Assembly (NCBI RefSeq): GCF_009914755.1
Contig: NC_060940.1
Direction: 5' to 3' (one strand)
From: the human T2T-CHM13v2.0 reference genome, Homo sapiens
DNA length: 64,000 nucleotides
Below the pieces are notes generated by a model. It was not told where the DNA came from and did not search any database. It saw nothing but the letters and a program-made list of their open reading frames with translations. The position numbers were made by a program, and so were the translations under genes. This document shows positions 41,945 to 56,742 of the stretch, piece after piece. The stretch's first letter is position 1, and each line of letters begins with the position of its first letter.

Positions 41945-41961
41945 GGAGTTTTTTACATTAT

Positions 41962-42465
41962 CTTTTTTAAAAAATTTATTTTTATTTTTATTTTAAGTTC
42001 TGGGGTATGTGTGCAGGTTGTGCAGGTTTGTTACATAGATAAACATGTGCCATGGTGGTTTGTTGCACCTATCAATCCATCACCTAGGTATTAAGCCCAG
42101 CATGCATTAGCTCTTTTTCCTAATGCTCTCCCTCCCCCCACCCCACCCCCCCAACAGGCCCCAGTGTGTGTTGTTACCCTCCCTGTGTCCATGTGTTCTC
42201 ATTGTTCAGCTCCCACTTATAAGTGAGAACATGCAGTGTTTGGTTTTCTGTTCCTGAGTTAGCTTGCTGAGGATAAAGCCTTCCAGTTCCATCCATATCC
42301 CTGCAAAGGACATGATCTCATTCTTTTTTATGGCTGCATAGTATTCCATGGTGTATATGTACCACGTTTTCTTGATCCAGTCTATCATTGACGGGCATTT
42401 GGGTTGATTCCATGTCTTTGCTACTGTGAATAGTGCTGCAATGAACATACGTGCACATGTATCTT
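41962..42465 (-). mobile_element. L1PA (PA8-11-like) 5'-truncated insertion
   Basis: ORF2 C-terminal remnant (ORF 42206-42448) plus 3' UTR; flanking repeat ttttttacatt. Confidence 0.93.
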
Positions 42466-42514
42466 TTTTTACATTTTTTTTTTAGCTCCTATGCTGTCCT
42501 GCACATTATCCCCT

Positions 42515-43475
42515 TCATTCACTTAGTTAATTAATATTGGTTGACAGTTTACTATGTGCCAGGCACCATGCAAGGCATTGGGAATGCAACTGTGAACAAG
42601 AGTGACAAAGCCCCTGCCGTCATGATACCAATTGACTAGGGGGGATTATGGCATCCAACAAACTCACATGAGTCAGGCGGTTACCAATGGGGTGAGTGCT
42701 GTGGAAGAAATAAATAAGGTGATGGGCTGGAGAGTAACTGGGAGAGGTCACTTGGATCGTGAGGTCAGGACCACCTCTTTGAAGAAGTGATGTTTCAATT
42801 GAGGCCTGAAAGATGAGAAAGAACTAGGCTTGGGAATGGATGAGGGAAAGAGTAAGTGCAATGAGAACAAGGGCACAGGCTTGGAGGCAAGAAAGTGCTT
42901 GAGGGGCCTAAGTCTTAGCCAACAATCAGGAGTGTGGTCTGAGATGAGGTTATAGGAGTGGGTGTGGATAGAACATGTGAAAACTTGTAGGCTATTTTAG
43001 TAACTCTAGGCTGTATCTAAGAAAATGAAAATATATTAAAGGATTTTAAGCAGAGGAATAGCACAACATGATTTACCATTTCAAAAGACAACCCTAGATG
43101 TTGTGTGTATTAAAATGGGAAGCAGGGATAGACACAAAAAGTTCACTTTTTTTTTTTTTTTTTTTTTTTTGTAAGGAGGCTTTTGCAGTAACCCAGACAA
43201 AAGCAGGTGCCTTAGACTAGGGTAATGGCCATGTGCTTACAGAAGAGTGGAAGTCAAGACCTACTTTGGTGATAAAACAAACGGGACTTGTTGATCTATC
43301 GAAGATGAGTTCTAGCAGAGATAAATCAAGGATGACTTTGAAAGCAAGGATGGTTTTTGCCATGAGCAACTGGGCAGATGCAGAGGCCTTTTACTGAAAT
43401 ATGAAAACTGGCAGAGGAGCATGAGGTTGGATAAAATGAGAGCTCTTTGAAGACATAACAAATCTGAGATGCCCA
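42515..43475 (-). mobile_element. L2 fragment
   Basis: ttactatgtgccaggcacc...gaggcctgaaagatgagaa...tcaaggatgact...gagcaactggg. Confidence 0.85.
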
Positions 43476-44361
43476 TAAGGGGGCGTGATGACTAATTTTA
43501 TATGTCAACTTGACGGGGCTAAGTGGTGCCGAGATAGCTGGTAAAACATTATTTCTGGGTGTGTCTGTGAGAGTGTTTCTGGAAGAGGTTACTATTTGAG
43601 TCAGTAGACTGAGTAAAGATGATCACTCTACTGAATGTGGGTTGGTATCATTCAGTCCACTGAGAACCTGAATAAAAACCAAAGGCAGAGAAAGGGTGAG
43701 TTTGTTTTCTCTGCTTGAGCTGAGACATCCATCCTCTCCTGCCCTTGAGACATCAGAGTTCCAGGTTCTTGAGCCTTCAGACTCAAACTGGGATGCACAT
43801 CATTGTTCTCCTGGTTCTCAGGACTTTGGACTTGCACTGGAATTACACCCCAGCTTTCCTGATTCTACAGTTTGAAGATGGTAGATTGTGGGACTTCTCA
43901 GACTCCATAATGAGGTAAACCAATGTCTCATATCTTTCTTTTTTTAACTTTTATTTTAAGCTCAGGAATACAAGTGCGGGTTTGTTACATCAGTACATGT
44001 GTGTCATGGGGGTTTGCTATACAAATCATTTCATCACCCAGGAATGAAGCCTAGTACCCATTAATTATTTTTCATGATCCTCTCCCTCCTCCCACCCTCC
44101 GCCCTCCAAAAGGCCCCAGTGTGTGTTGTTCCCTTCTATGTACCTATGTGTTCTCATTATTTAGCTCCCACTTATAAGTGAGAGCATGCGGTATTTAATT
44201 TTCTGTTCCTGAGTTAGTTTGCTAAGGGTAATGGCACTCACTGATCATTAGAGAAATGCAAATCAAAACTGCAATGAGATACCATCTAAACCAGTCAGAA
44301 TGGCTATTATTAAAAGGTAAGAAAATAATAAATGCTGGCAAGGTTGTGGAGAAAAAGGAAT

Positions 44362-44717
<356 letters not shown>

Positions 44718-44847
44718 CTAGCCATTGTGGAAGACAGTATGGTGATTCCTCCAAGACCTAAAGACAGAAATACTATTTGAACCAGCAATCCCATTACTGG
44801 GTATGTACCCAAAGGAATATAAACCATTCTATTATAAAAACACTTCC

Positions 44848-44902
44848 TTAACCTGCACAATGCACATGTACCCTAAAACTTAAAGTATAAAAAAAAAAAC
44901 AA
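44848..44902 (+). mobile_element. Micro-insertion of a young L1 (L1PA2/L1HS-like) terminal ~40 nt plus poly(A)
   Basis: taacctgcacaatgcacatgtaccctaaaacttaaagtata plus A-tail; perfect 12-bp TSD aaaaacacttcc (44836-44847, 44903-44914). Confidence 0.92.
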
Positions 44903-45674
44903 AAAAACACTTCCACACACGTGTTTATTGCAGCACTATTTACAATAGCAAAGACATGAAATCAACCTAAATGCCCATCAATGATAGACTGGATAAAGAA
45001 AATGTGGTATATATATACCATGGAATACTATGCAGCCATAAAAAAGAATGAGATCATGTCCTTTGCAGGGACATGGATGGAGCTGGAGGCCATAATAAAT
45101 CTTCCTGTGTATCTCTATATATCCTATTTGTTTTGTTTTTCTAAAAAACCCTGACTAATGCAGAGGCTCAAGCCATCTGTCTTCCACTAGACTTTGCTGT
45201 ATCACTAATGTTGAGCACAGTGCTTGACATGTAACAGGTACTAAGAAAGTGTTGAATGAGAGAATTGAAATGAGATGCTTAAAAGCTACAGATGACTAAT
45301 GGCTTCTATGACAACGGACAATCAGAGTCCCTAGCAATGGCTAATTAAACCATTCCAATCTGATGTCCAAAATATTGTGTGCTAGAGACCCCCTTTCTTT
45401 TCCCATTAATTGAACAGGCCCTGTCTTTTTTGCTCTTGTAGTCAATTGTTCTTCAAGTGTAATTAGCCCTTGCATTTTGACAGTAAATGAGACTCCAATA
45501 CTTCGATAAATGGCTTGTTTCTGGAAAAGGAGTATTTGTGAATAGAAAACTCAGTCGTCTTCCCCCTTTCTCCCACCTCTTCCTCTTCCCCCTAATTTGG
45601 GTGGCCCTTGGCCTATGTTATTACCTTCAGAAAGGAACAGTGTTTCTTCGAAAAGGATAGCAACACAGAAAGAA

Positions 45675-45885
45675 TAGTTATCATTCATTGAACACCTGTT
45701 ACATGGCAGGTGGGTACATTCTATGCAATGCAACAATCCTGAAAAGTCATTTTAAAATATCTTTATGTTCCAGCCGAGTAAACTGAATGAAGCTCATTGA
45801 GACTGAAGAACTTGTTAAAATTCCACAGTTACTAGGAGGCTGAATCAAGATTCAAACACACCCAAGTTTGTCTGATGCCAACATC
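45675..45885 (-). mobile_element. MIR SINE
   Basis: cattcattgaacacctg...aacaatcctg...aatcaagattcaaac. Confidence 0.7.
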
Positions 45886-46696
45886 TGTCCCTTTTCTGTG
45901 ATTCGGTGTCTCCCTTAGACCGTAAGGAGTTGGCCCTTGTTGAGAAACTCCTATGGCCTCACTTGTTAGTGGAAAAAATAGCAGTGGCTTTGCCTGTTAG
46001 CAAGGAACAAACACCCTTCCACTTGGTTCAGATTTCTTAACTCATGTGATCTGTTTTGGTCTTCTCATTAACCCTCTGGGGGTGGGGGGAGTGAGTGATA
46101 ATTATCACCCGCATTAGGTAAGAAAATGGATGGTGTCTCACATAGCTTGCAGTGGGCGGGTATGAGCATCAAATCTAGGCAGCCTGACCAACCAAGTCCC
46201 CTCCTTTAGCCTTTACATGATGTGCTCTTTTTCAGCTGTCTCGCCCTTCCCAATTGACGAAGATTCTTTGTTCACATTCGTGATCTTATTTGGTGTGGGG
46301 ACACAGAGACTGATTTGCTGAATTTTTTTAAGAGCTGGAAACACTATGGAAGGTTGTCTAAACTAATTCAAATGATTTCCCTTGTCTTGACCCAAGAGGG
46401 ATGTGTGAATTTCTCAAAATTGTCCACATGACATCATGCTCATTAGGATAGTCACCATCAAAAGAAAAGAAAATAACAAGTGTTGGTGAGGAGGCCAAGA
46501 AGTTAGAATCTTCGTGTACTATAAATGGGACTGTAAAATGGCATAGGCATTATGGAAAATTGTATGGAATTTTCTCAAAAAAAATGGAATTACAATATTA
46601 TCTCACAACCCCACTTTTGGATATACATGCAAAAAAAAAAAATAAGCAGGATCTCAAAGAAATCTTAGCACTCCAGTGTACATTACCCAACTATTT

Positions 46697-47005
<309 letters not shown>

Positions 47006-47308
47006 ATTACCCAACTATTTGTAATAGCCAAGATGTGAAGTCAAATGTCCACTGATGGATGAATGGATGCAGAAAATGTGGTCTATACATACAATGAATA
47101 TCACTCAGCCTTAAAAAAGAAGGAAATCTTGCTATATGCTGCAACTTGGGTGAAACTCAAGGACACTCCACTAAGTGAAATAAACCAGTCACAAAAGGAC
47201 AAATACTCTATGATTCTGATCAAAGAAGTATCTCAAGTAGTCAAAATCATAGGAAGTAGAAAGATGGTTGGTAAGGGCTGGGGGAAAGGAGAGGGGAGGG
47301 GGAATTAG

Positions 47309-47653
<345 letters not shown>

Positions 47654-49025
47654 AGATGAAAAAGTTTTATAGATCTGTTGCATGACAAAGCGACTTACAC
47701 TTAACACTACTGAACGGTACATTAAAAAATGGTGGAAGATGGCAAATTTAATGTTATTTGTTTTTTACTACAAAGAATTTTGAAAACACTGCGGTGGATT
47801 TAGCACTTGACCCCATGTCACCAGGATCCAGTGAAGTTTGAGCTGCCTAAAAATGAATGTTGCCTTCTTTTTTTTTTTCTTTTTGGTCCAGGGCTATGCT
47901 TCTCTCTTAGGTTGTGTGTTATTTTCTTTGCCATAGCAACTTTGAGAAGTAAATGGGTGCTTTTGCTACACCTCAGGGGGAATCAGGTAAGTCAGGTAAA
48001 CCTACCAGAGAGTCCACCTCTTCCAAGGTGCATTCATTCATCTCCCTTAGAATGGAGATGGAGTTATGAAGTAACCAGGGGTGGCATTATCAGTCCTACA
48101 TGGGGAAACCAAGACTCAGCATGACCACTGGAGTGTTCAGGGTCACCTGAGGGTATTGGTGATGGAGGGTGGGGTGAGACAATATCCCAGGAATTCCGAT
48201 GCTGGGTCCAGAGTTAGTGAAGTGGGAGGAGTGGCACATTTTTAAGACTTGGAACTGAAGAAAATGTTGAGAAACTTGGATGCTTTTCTTATTTTTATTA
48301 TTCTATGTAAGGAACTTTCTACAGCACTAAAGTGAATAGTTCCATTGAGTTGTCCAGCCCTGACCCTTGATCTCAATGCCCATCAGTGGCCTCAGACTTG
48401 GGCTTTCTTTCAGGCTTTCTTTCATCCTCCAGGCTGTGGGGCCCTGTGAGCCTTCTTCTTCCCCAGCGGTAGATTTTTCTTTTTAATGTTTGAACTCCAG
48501 AGGCCCCCAAGGGCTTCTGCCTTAATTAAAATTTAAATTCACAAATCATGTCTTAAACCGTCTCACAGGCAGCCAAATAATCGCAATCATTAGCAAGTGG
48601 TTGGAGTTGCTTTTGCTTTAATGCTTTTCAAGGGTGATGGATACATGGGCTTAGTCCCATCATTACTGCTGTCTTCTACCACCCCTCTCTCCACAAACCT
48701 TGCTCAGAAAACTTTTCTACAACACCTTTGTTTTCTCTTGTAATAGAGAAGCCTGTGTTCTTGGTTCAGAATGTATTAATGTGTCTTGGTCTGTCCCTAC
48801 CCCTGCCTTCTGCAGCTTGCCCATGTCCTGGAGGCCGTCCTCATTTGGGGACCAGTCAATTACCAGGTAATGGCTTAGAGCACAGACAGAGTGAAGACCC
48901 AACACAAGGCTGGACGGGCTTCCCTAGGAGCCACTTCTGGACTTTGGCATTGGGATAGGTCCTTTAGTCTGGTTATTTGCTCCTGGGAATTTGCAGAGTG
49001 TCCCACAGCTGTGCTTCCCCTGGTC

Positions 49026-49232
49026 CAGGGTGGCTCAACCTTGGCACTGCCAACATTTTGGGTTTGACAGTTTGTTGTAGGGAGAATGTCCGGTGCATTT
49101 TAGAATGTTTGGCAGCCTGCCTGTTCTCTACATACTATATGTCAGTAGCAGTCCCCAGTTGTGACAAACAAGTGTCCTGAGACACGGCCAAATGTCCCCT
49201 GGGGCAAAATCTCCCAGTTGAGAAAGGCTCTA
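49026..49232 (-). mobile_element. MER20 DNA transposon
   Basis: ctcaaccttggcact...cccagttgtgacaa...gccaaatgtcccctggggcaaaat...gttgagaa. Confidence 0.9.
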
Positions 49233-49264
49233 GTCCAACGGCCTCTCTAAGACCAACACCCTTC

Positions 49265-49576
49265 TCTCAGTTCATTTTGTGTTGCAGGAATACCTGAAAC
49301 TGGGCAATTTATGAAGAAAAGAGGTTTATTTGGCTCTTGGTTCTGTAGGCAGCACAGGAAGCATGGTGCTGGCATCTGCTTGTAGTGAGGGCTTTAGGGA
49401 GCTTCCAGTCATGGTGGAAGAAGAAGGGGAGCAGGTGTGTCCCATAGTGAGAGAGGAGGAGGTGCCACTCTCTTTTTAAACAGCCAGCTCTTGTGTGAAC
49501 TAATAGAGTGAGAACTCATTCATTACTGTGGGGAGGGTACCAAGCCATTTGTGAGGGATCCTGCCCCTCCATGACC
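49265..49576 (-). mobile_element. MSTB-like LTR, partial
   Basis: ggaatacctgaaactgggcaatttatgaagaaaagaggttta...gaactaatagagtgagaactca...ccatgacc. Confidence 0.85.
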
Positions 49577-49743
49577 TTGACTTTTTATGACTTACCCTTA
49601 GAAGTCACATAGCACTCCTTCTGCCAAACTTTATAAATTGAGGCAGTCATAAATCCACCCATATTCGAGGGGAGGAGACACAGACCCCACCTTTTGATGG
49701 CAGGAGCATCAAAGAATTTGCAGCCATATTTGAAAACTGCACC
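49577..49743 (-). mobile_element. MLT1 (G/H/I-like) LTR fragment
   Basis: tagaagtcacatagcactccttctgcca...gaccccaccttttgatgg...aagaatttgcagccatattt. Confidence 0.7.
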
Positions 49744-50140
49744 TCATTTCTATTCCCACGTTCAGAGATGTGAATTTTTCCAAGCCTTTAGCAGATAATT
49801 CAATCCCGCCTTGAAAAATTTCACCAGGTGTATTTACACCAAAAGCCTACTTCAATTAATCAATTCTAATGCTCCAATTACTCAGCTTATATTTTCAGAC
49901 ACTCTAATAAGCACCACAAATGAATAGGAACTAAGCTGATGGTGCATCACCCTCCACTATTAAAAAGACCACACTTGATTTCTCAAGCAGCCTTTACCTT
50001 TGTAAAATGAATTTCCTTCTCTCACTTGTATTTAGCACAGGAAAATGTTTCCTTAGGGTTGTGGTGGAGTTGGGACAGATGGGAAGACATCTAAGAACAT
50101 GTAGCAATTGTAATAAAGGTAAATTTGTTTTTTTTCTTGC

Positions 50141-50216
50141 TTTTTTTTTTTTTTTTTGGAGACAGGATCTCATTCTGTCACCCAGGCAGGAGTGCAGTGG
50201 CATGATCTCAGCTCAC
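50141..50216 (-). mobile_element. Severely 5'-truncated Alu (last ~60 nt plus tail)
   Basis: T-tail plus gagacaggatctcattctgtcacccagg...ctcac; degenerate flanking repeat aaaggt..attt. Confidence 0.85.
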
Positions 50217-50866
50217 AAAGGTTACATTTTAAATGAAGACTGAAGCCTTGTTAGTTTGTGATTTTTGTCATGTTGGGAAGGATGTGGACTCCTATTCAGA
50301 CTCTAGGATTAAACAACCTGGGCCTCAGTTTACTCATCTGTAGAGTAAGGGGTTGGGCTTGATATTTTCCAAAACCTCTACCAGGTCCTAAATTGTCTGT
50401 GATTATAGGAATATTTGCCAAGGGCGATTTTCTAACATCAATACCCAGAGGGAGCACCCATGTAATAATCATATTCATTGACATGAATCATATTCATTGA
50501 ATAGCTTGCCTTCAAGAAATACTGTGGCACTTCTGGTAACCATACCTTTTACTCTGCATTTACTTAAATATGTACATGCATTTTTACATAAGTGGTAGTA
50601 TACATTTTCTTTTGTAATTTCCTTTTTTTCCCCTACCACTATAATACATGCTGAAAAGCTTCCATCTCAGTACCTATAATTAAGCTTAATTCTTTTCCAC
50701 TGCTACATAATAGTCCACTGCACGGATAACTTAAAATCCGCTATAGGGATTATTTAAGTGTAGACCATTTTGATGTAAATTTAAGTTACTTTATTTCTTT
50801 TGCTTTTATATTAGCAATGCTTCAATATTAGCAATGCTGCAATGAATAGCACTGTGCATACGTCAT

Positions 50867-51361
50867 TGTGATGGTTAATTTTATTTGTTAACTGGGCTAA
50901 GGGATGCCTAGATAGCTGGTCAAACATTGTTTTGCAGTATATCTGCTAAAACATTTCCAAAAGAGATTAGTGTTTGCATCAGCAGACTGAGTAAAGAAGA
51001 TGGCCCTCAGCAATGTGGGTGGGCATGGCGTAATCCGCTGAAGGCCCAGATAGAAGAAAAAGGCGGAAAAAGGGTGAGTTCTCTGTCTTGTTGAGCTGCT
51101 ACATTCATCTCCCACCCTTGGAGACTGGAGCTCCTGGTTCTCAGGGCTACAGGCTCTGGGACTTACACCAGTGGCCTCCCCAGTTCTTGGTCTTTGGACT
51201 TGGACTGAATGACATCACTGGCTTCCTGGGTTCTTCAGCTTGCAGATGGCAGATCATGGGACCTCTGGGCCACCACAATCATGTAAGCTAATTCCCATAA
51301 TAAATCTTTGCCTATATATACTGTATTGATTCTCTTCCTCTGGAGAACCTTGAGCAATACA
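50867..51361 (+). mobile_element. MLT2 (HERVL) solo LTR inside an old L1ME
   Basis: TG...CA ends and a perfect 5-bp TSD gtcat (50862-50866, 51362-51366). Confidence 0.93.
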
Positions 51362-51725
51362 GTCATTTTGCTCCTATGCAGTTATACTGTAGAATAAATT
51401 TCTAGAAGGGAATTTGCTGGGTCAAAAGTTATGTGCTTTTATAATTCTGATAGCTATCGACAAATTTCTCATCACAGAGATCATACCAATTTGTTCCTCA
51501 ATCAATAATGTATAAAAGAGCTTTGTCCTCCTACACAGGGTATGATCAAACTTTACAATTCTTGGCACTCTGATAAGGCAGAAATGGCCTCATTATGGTT
51601 TTAAGTGGCATTTCTCCTTTGTGAGTAAGCTAGCATCTTTTCTTATATAGAAGAGTCTTTCGTATTTCTTTCTCTCAGAAAAGTATCCTTATAGACTGTG
51701 AAAGGGCATAACTTAAAACATTTTT

Positions 51726-52775
51726 ATTTATTTATTTTTAATTATTATACTTTAAGTTCTAGGGTATATGTGCACAATGTGCAGGTTTGTTACATAGGTA
51801 ATACATGTGCCATGTTGGTTTGCTGCACCCATTAATTCGTCATTTACATTAGGTATTTCTCCTAATGCTATCCCTCCCCCATCCCCCCACCCCATGACAG
51901 GCCCCAGTGTGTGGTGTTCCCCGCCCTGTGTTCAAGTGTTCTCATTGTTCAATTCCCACCTATGAGTGAGAACATGCAGTGTTTGGTTTTCTGTCCTTGT
52001 GATAGTTTGCTCAGAATGATGGTTTCCAGCTTCATGTCCCTACAAAGGACATGAACTCATCCTTTTTTATGGCTGCATAGTATTCCATGGTGTTTATATG
52101 CCACATTTTCTTAATACAGTCTATTATTGATGGACATTTGGGTTGGTTCCAAGTCTTTGCTATTGTGAATAGTGCCGCAATAAACATACGTGTGCATGTG
52201 TGTTTATAGTAGCATGATTTATAATCCTTTGGGTATATACCCAGTAATGGGATGGCTGGGTCAAGTGGTATTTCTAGTTCTAGATCCTTGAGGAATCACC
52301 ACACTGTCTTCCACAATGGTTGAACTAGTTTACACTCCCAACAGTGTAAAAGTATTCCTATTTCTCCACATCCTCTCCAGCATCTGTTGTTTCCTGACTT
52401 TTTAATGATGGCCATTCTAACTGGTGTGAGATGGTATCTCATTGTGGTTTTAATTTGCATTTCTCTGATGGCCAGTGATGATGAGCATTTTTTCATGTGT
52501 CTGTTGGCTGCATAAATGTCTTCTTTTGAAAAGTGTCTGTTCATATCCTTTGCCCACTTTTTGATGGGGTTGATTTTTTTCTTGCAAATTTGTTTGAGTT
52601 CTCTGTAGATTCTGGATATTAGACCTTTGTCAGATGGATAGATTGCAAAAATTTTCTCCCATTTTTGTATGTTGCCTGTTCACTCTGATGGTAGTTTCTT
52701 TTGCTGTGCAGAAGCTCTTTAGTTTAATTAGATCCCATTTGTCAATTTTGGCTTTTGTTGCCATTGCTTTTAGTG
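51726..52775 (-). mobile_element. L1PA (PA4-7-like) 5'-truncated, ~1.05 kb
   Basis: ORF2 C-terminus (ORF 52296-52544 [12 protein letters not shown]...CWRGCGE) plus 3' UTR; perfect 17-bp TSD taacttaaaacattttt at a TT/AAAA site. Confidence 0.97.
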
Positions 52776-52851
52776 TAACTTAAAACATTTTTAATAGATG
52801 TTTTTATATTTTTCTAGTGAATCCACTCCATGACATCACCTTGCCTTCCTC

Positions 52852-53158
52852 TTTTTTTTTTTTTTTTTTTGAGATGGAGTCTCACTTGGTCGCTCGGGCT
52901 GGAATGCAGTGGCACGATCTCAGCTAACTGCAACCTCGGTTTCCTGGAGAATCAGTGAACTGATTCTCCTGTCTCAGCCTCTTGAGTACCTTGGATTACA
53001 GGTGTGCACCACCATACCTGGCTAATTTTTGTGTTTTGGGTGGAGACAGGGTTTTGCCATGTTAGCCAGGCTGGTCTTGAACTCTTGACCTCAAATGATC
53101 CTCCCATCTCGGCCTCCCAAAGTGCTGGGATTACAGGCATGAGTCACCACGTCTGGCC
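52852..53158 (-). mobile_element. AluS
   Basis: TSD ct(t/c)gccttcctcttt. Confidence 0.95.
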
Positions 53159-53907
53159 CTCGCCTTCCTCTTTATGCCAGTTTCCGAAGTCACATGTAAG
53201 CCCTTAGGCAGATGGTGGGATCCTCATTCTATCACTCTATCCCTTTATGGTTTTCTTAGTTGTATCTTTAGGTGGAGTGAAGCGGGACAGCTAACACAGT
53301 GACCTCCAGTAGCCACAGAATTTGTTGGTATTTGCTAGAAATACATTTGGTGGATAATATGGACCATCAAAGCTTTACTTTGACTCCACCCTGCAATTTT
53401 GTCCAAGTGTCTCAGGAAATGACTGCACTTCATTTTTGCTGAAGCCTATTTCTCTGCAGTACATTTTGTAATCCTTATGGGTTTTATCATAAGAAAAAAC
53501 AACTCATGGTCTTTCTAGAAAAAGTCAAACATTGGCTGGTTTCATCGTTTATCAGCATCAGCTCTTTCTGCTGATAATGCTGGTAACAAAACTTCTTTCT
53601 CTCAGCACCTCTTTCAGCCTGACTGTTAAGGTTTTGATGGAGAGGAGGTGGGAAGCCCAGGCTTGACTCTAAGCCTAAGCCACACTTGTCAATGCAGTTA
53701 ATCAGAAACTTTGCATTGTTACTGGCCCCTGCCCAACTAGGGATAAAGATGACACTTTACTTAGATTTTCATGTGATCTTTATGTCTGGGACCAACCGGT
53801 TAAAATCCCAGAGGAAGGAAGTTTGGGCAATTGGCTAGATTCCAGCATTTTCCACACACTGGATTCTGTGTTAGGGATACTAAAATGAATTAATAAAATG
53901 CAGCCCT

Positions 53908-54234
<327 letters not shown>

Positions 54235-54864
54235 TCAAAGCAGGTCCCACCTATAAGCAGATATTTATAATACAATGTAGTAAGTACCATGATAAAAGAA
54301 ATCTTTCCAATCTAACTCATAGAGGAAGGGTTCCTGGAGGAGATAAACCTCGGTAAAAACATTAGTATGAATTGGTATTAGATAAGGTGGCCAGACCATG
54401 TGATCAAATAAATAGAGATGTGAAATAAAAAGGTACGTATGTGTGCCATGATAAGTGGTGTTTCTGGAGCAGAAATTATGTCATGCGTTAGTGGTTGAAG
54501 AAGTAGACAGAACCTGGTGAAACCTGTTTGTTCTCTAAAAGACTTGTAATTTATCCCGTAGATTAACTGGTTTTTCCCATGGCCAGACACCCACAGATAG
54601 CATTTCACCCTGTAATAACTTCTCTTGGGTGTGCCTAGGCTTCTGCATGATTACCAGCTCATTGGCTGTATCAGCAACCCGTTTTTTCTATCCAGTGAGT
54701 GTGAAAGAGATGAGGTTTCTACGGTCCTTAAAAAGCCTGGATCCATCAGCATTGGAGCTTGGAGAGGAGTTGAGGTAAAAGAAATGCAATCTACCAACAG
54801 ATATAATGTTTAAGTATCTTACTTTTTACTGTAAAAAGTATCAAACTTTTTACTGTAGAGTTGA

Positions 54865-55284
<420 letters not shown>

Positions 55285-55565
55285 TAACTGGCCCAGCCAA
55301 TTCTGTCCTCTACTCATGGTATAAGAGAGCATGAGACAGGAGGACTGACGTTCATGCCCCATCATCAGCCTTGGTCTCCCATGTGGCTTTCATAACCTGA
55401 GTATCTCTTGGAGCCAAATGGGAGTCTAGTGTTTAGAAATATGTGTTTTTCATACAACCTGGGTGCTAAACACAAGATAAACGGTTCACCAAAGAACCAG
55501 TGAGTGATCAATTTTTGCTGGGAGACAGACTGGCCTGGCTGGCCATATGAAAAACCCAGCATATG

Positions 55566-55892
55566 CAGTTGACTCTCTGTATCTGTGGGTTCCACATCCA
55601 TGGATTCAACCAACTGTGGATCAAAACTACATGGAAAAAAATTGTGTACTGAACATGTACAGACTTTGTTTCTTGTCATTTCCTAAGCAATGCAACATAA
55701 CAACTATTTCATAGCAGTGACATTCTATTAGGTATTATAAGTAATCAGACATGACTTAAAGTATATGGGCGGATGTGTGTAGATTGTATGCAAATACGAC
55801 ACTGTTTTATATCGGGAACTTGAGCATCCACCAGTTCTGGTATCTATGGGGAGTCCTGAAACCAATTCCCCATGAATACCAAGGAGTGTCTG
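55566..55892 (-). mobile_element. MER2 (TcMar-Tigger) element
   Basis: cagttgactctctgtatctgtgggttccacatccatggattcaacc...tatgcaaatac...gagtgtctg followed by TA. Confidence 0.92.
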
Positions 55893-56177
55893 TATTGTAT
55901 TTAATGGGCACTGGAAGGGATTCAAGAGTTATTTTGATTATATACTCTCTACTTGCCTTGCTGAGTTTTTTAAAACATAACACCCAAATGGGAAGCAAAA
56001 TTACTTTGTTTATGTTTCTCAAAGACGATGAAGGAGACAAAAACCTAAGTTCACAGCAACCTCATGAAGCTCCTCTTTTATTTCCCATCCTCTCACTATT
56101 CTTATATTTCTCCAGGGCATTCCTCCCTCCGCACAGCCCTGTGAAGCTCTCCTATCTCTTCCTCTACTCTGTATCCT

Positions 56178-56493
56178 TTTATTTATTTTTATTTTATTAA
56201 CTTATTCACTTTGGAATAGGGTCTCACTCTATCACCCAGGCTGAAGTGCAGTGGCACAATCATGGCTCACTGCAGCCTCGAATTTCTGGACTCAAGCAAT
56301 CTCCCCTCCTTAACCTCTTGAGTATCTGAGACTATAGGAGTGCAGCACCACACTCAGCTAATTTTAAATTTTTTGTAGAGATAGGGTCCTATTATGTTGC
56401 CCAGGCTGGTCTTGAACTCCTGGGCTCAAGTGATCCTCCTAACCTTGGCTTCCCAAAGTACTGGGACTATGGGTGCGAGCCACTGTGCCCAGC
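56178..56493 (-). mobile_element. AluJ
   Basis: J-type dimer (atcatggctcactgcagcctcg). Confidence 0.93.
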
Positions 56494-56591
56494 CTACATT
56501 CTTCTATTACATAAGATGATCGGAGCTTGTCTCCAGCCAACAGGAATCATTATTATTTCTGAGGGACTATGAGTGGGTGGGCAAAAATTGC

Positions 56592-56742
56592 ATTTTCTTT
56601 TTCTTTTTTTTTTTTTTTTTAACAGCCAGGGTCTCACTATCGCTATTGTTGCCCCAGCTGGACTTGAATTCCAGGGCTTAAGTGATCCTCCCACCTTAGC
56701 CTCCCAAGTAACTTGGACTACAGGCTATGCCAGCATGCCTTG
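56592..56742 (-). mobile_element. FLAM/FAM Alu monomer
   Basis: T-tail plus a single monomer. Confidence 0.8.

Noticed and set aside
52296-52544. ORF resembling L1 ORF2p C-terminus (also 42206-42448 and 23877-24077)
   Set aside because: Real L1 remnants, but 5'-truncated with no promoter, endonuclease or RT.
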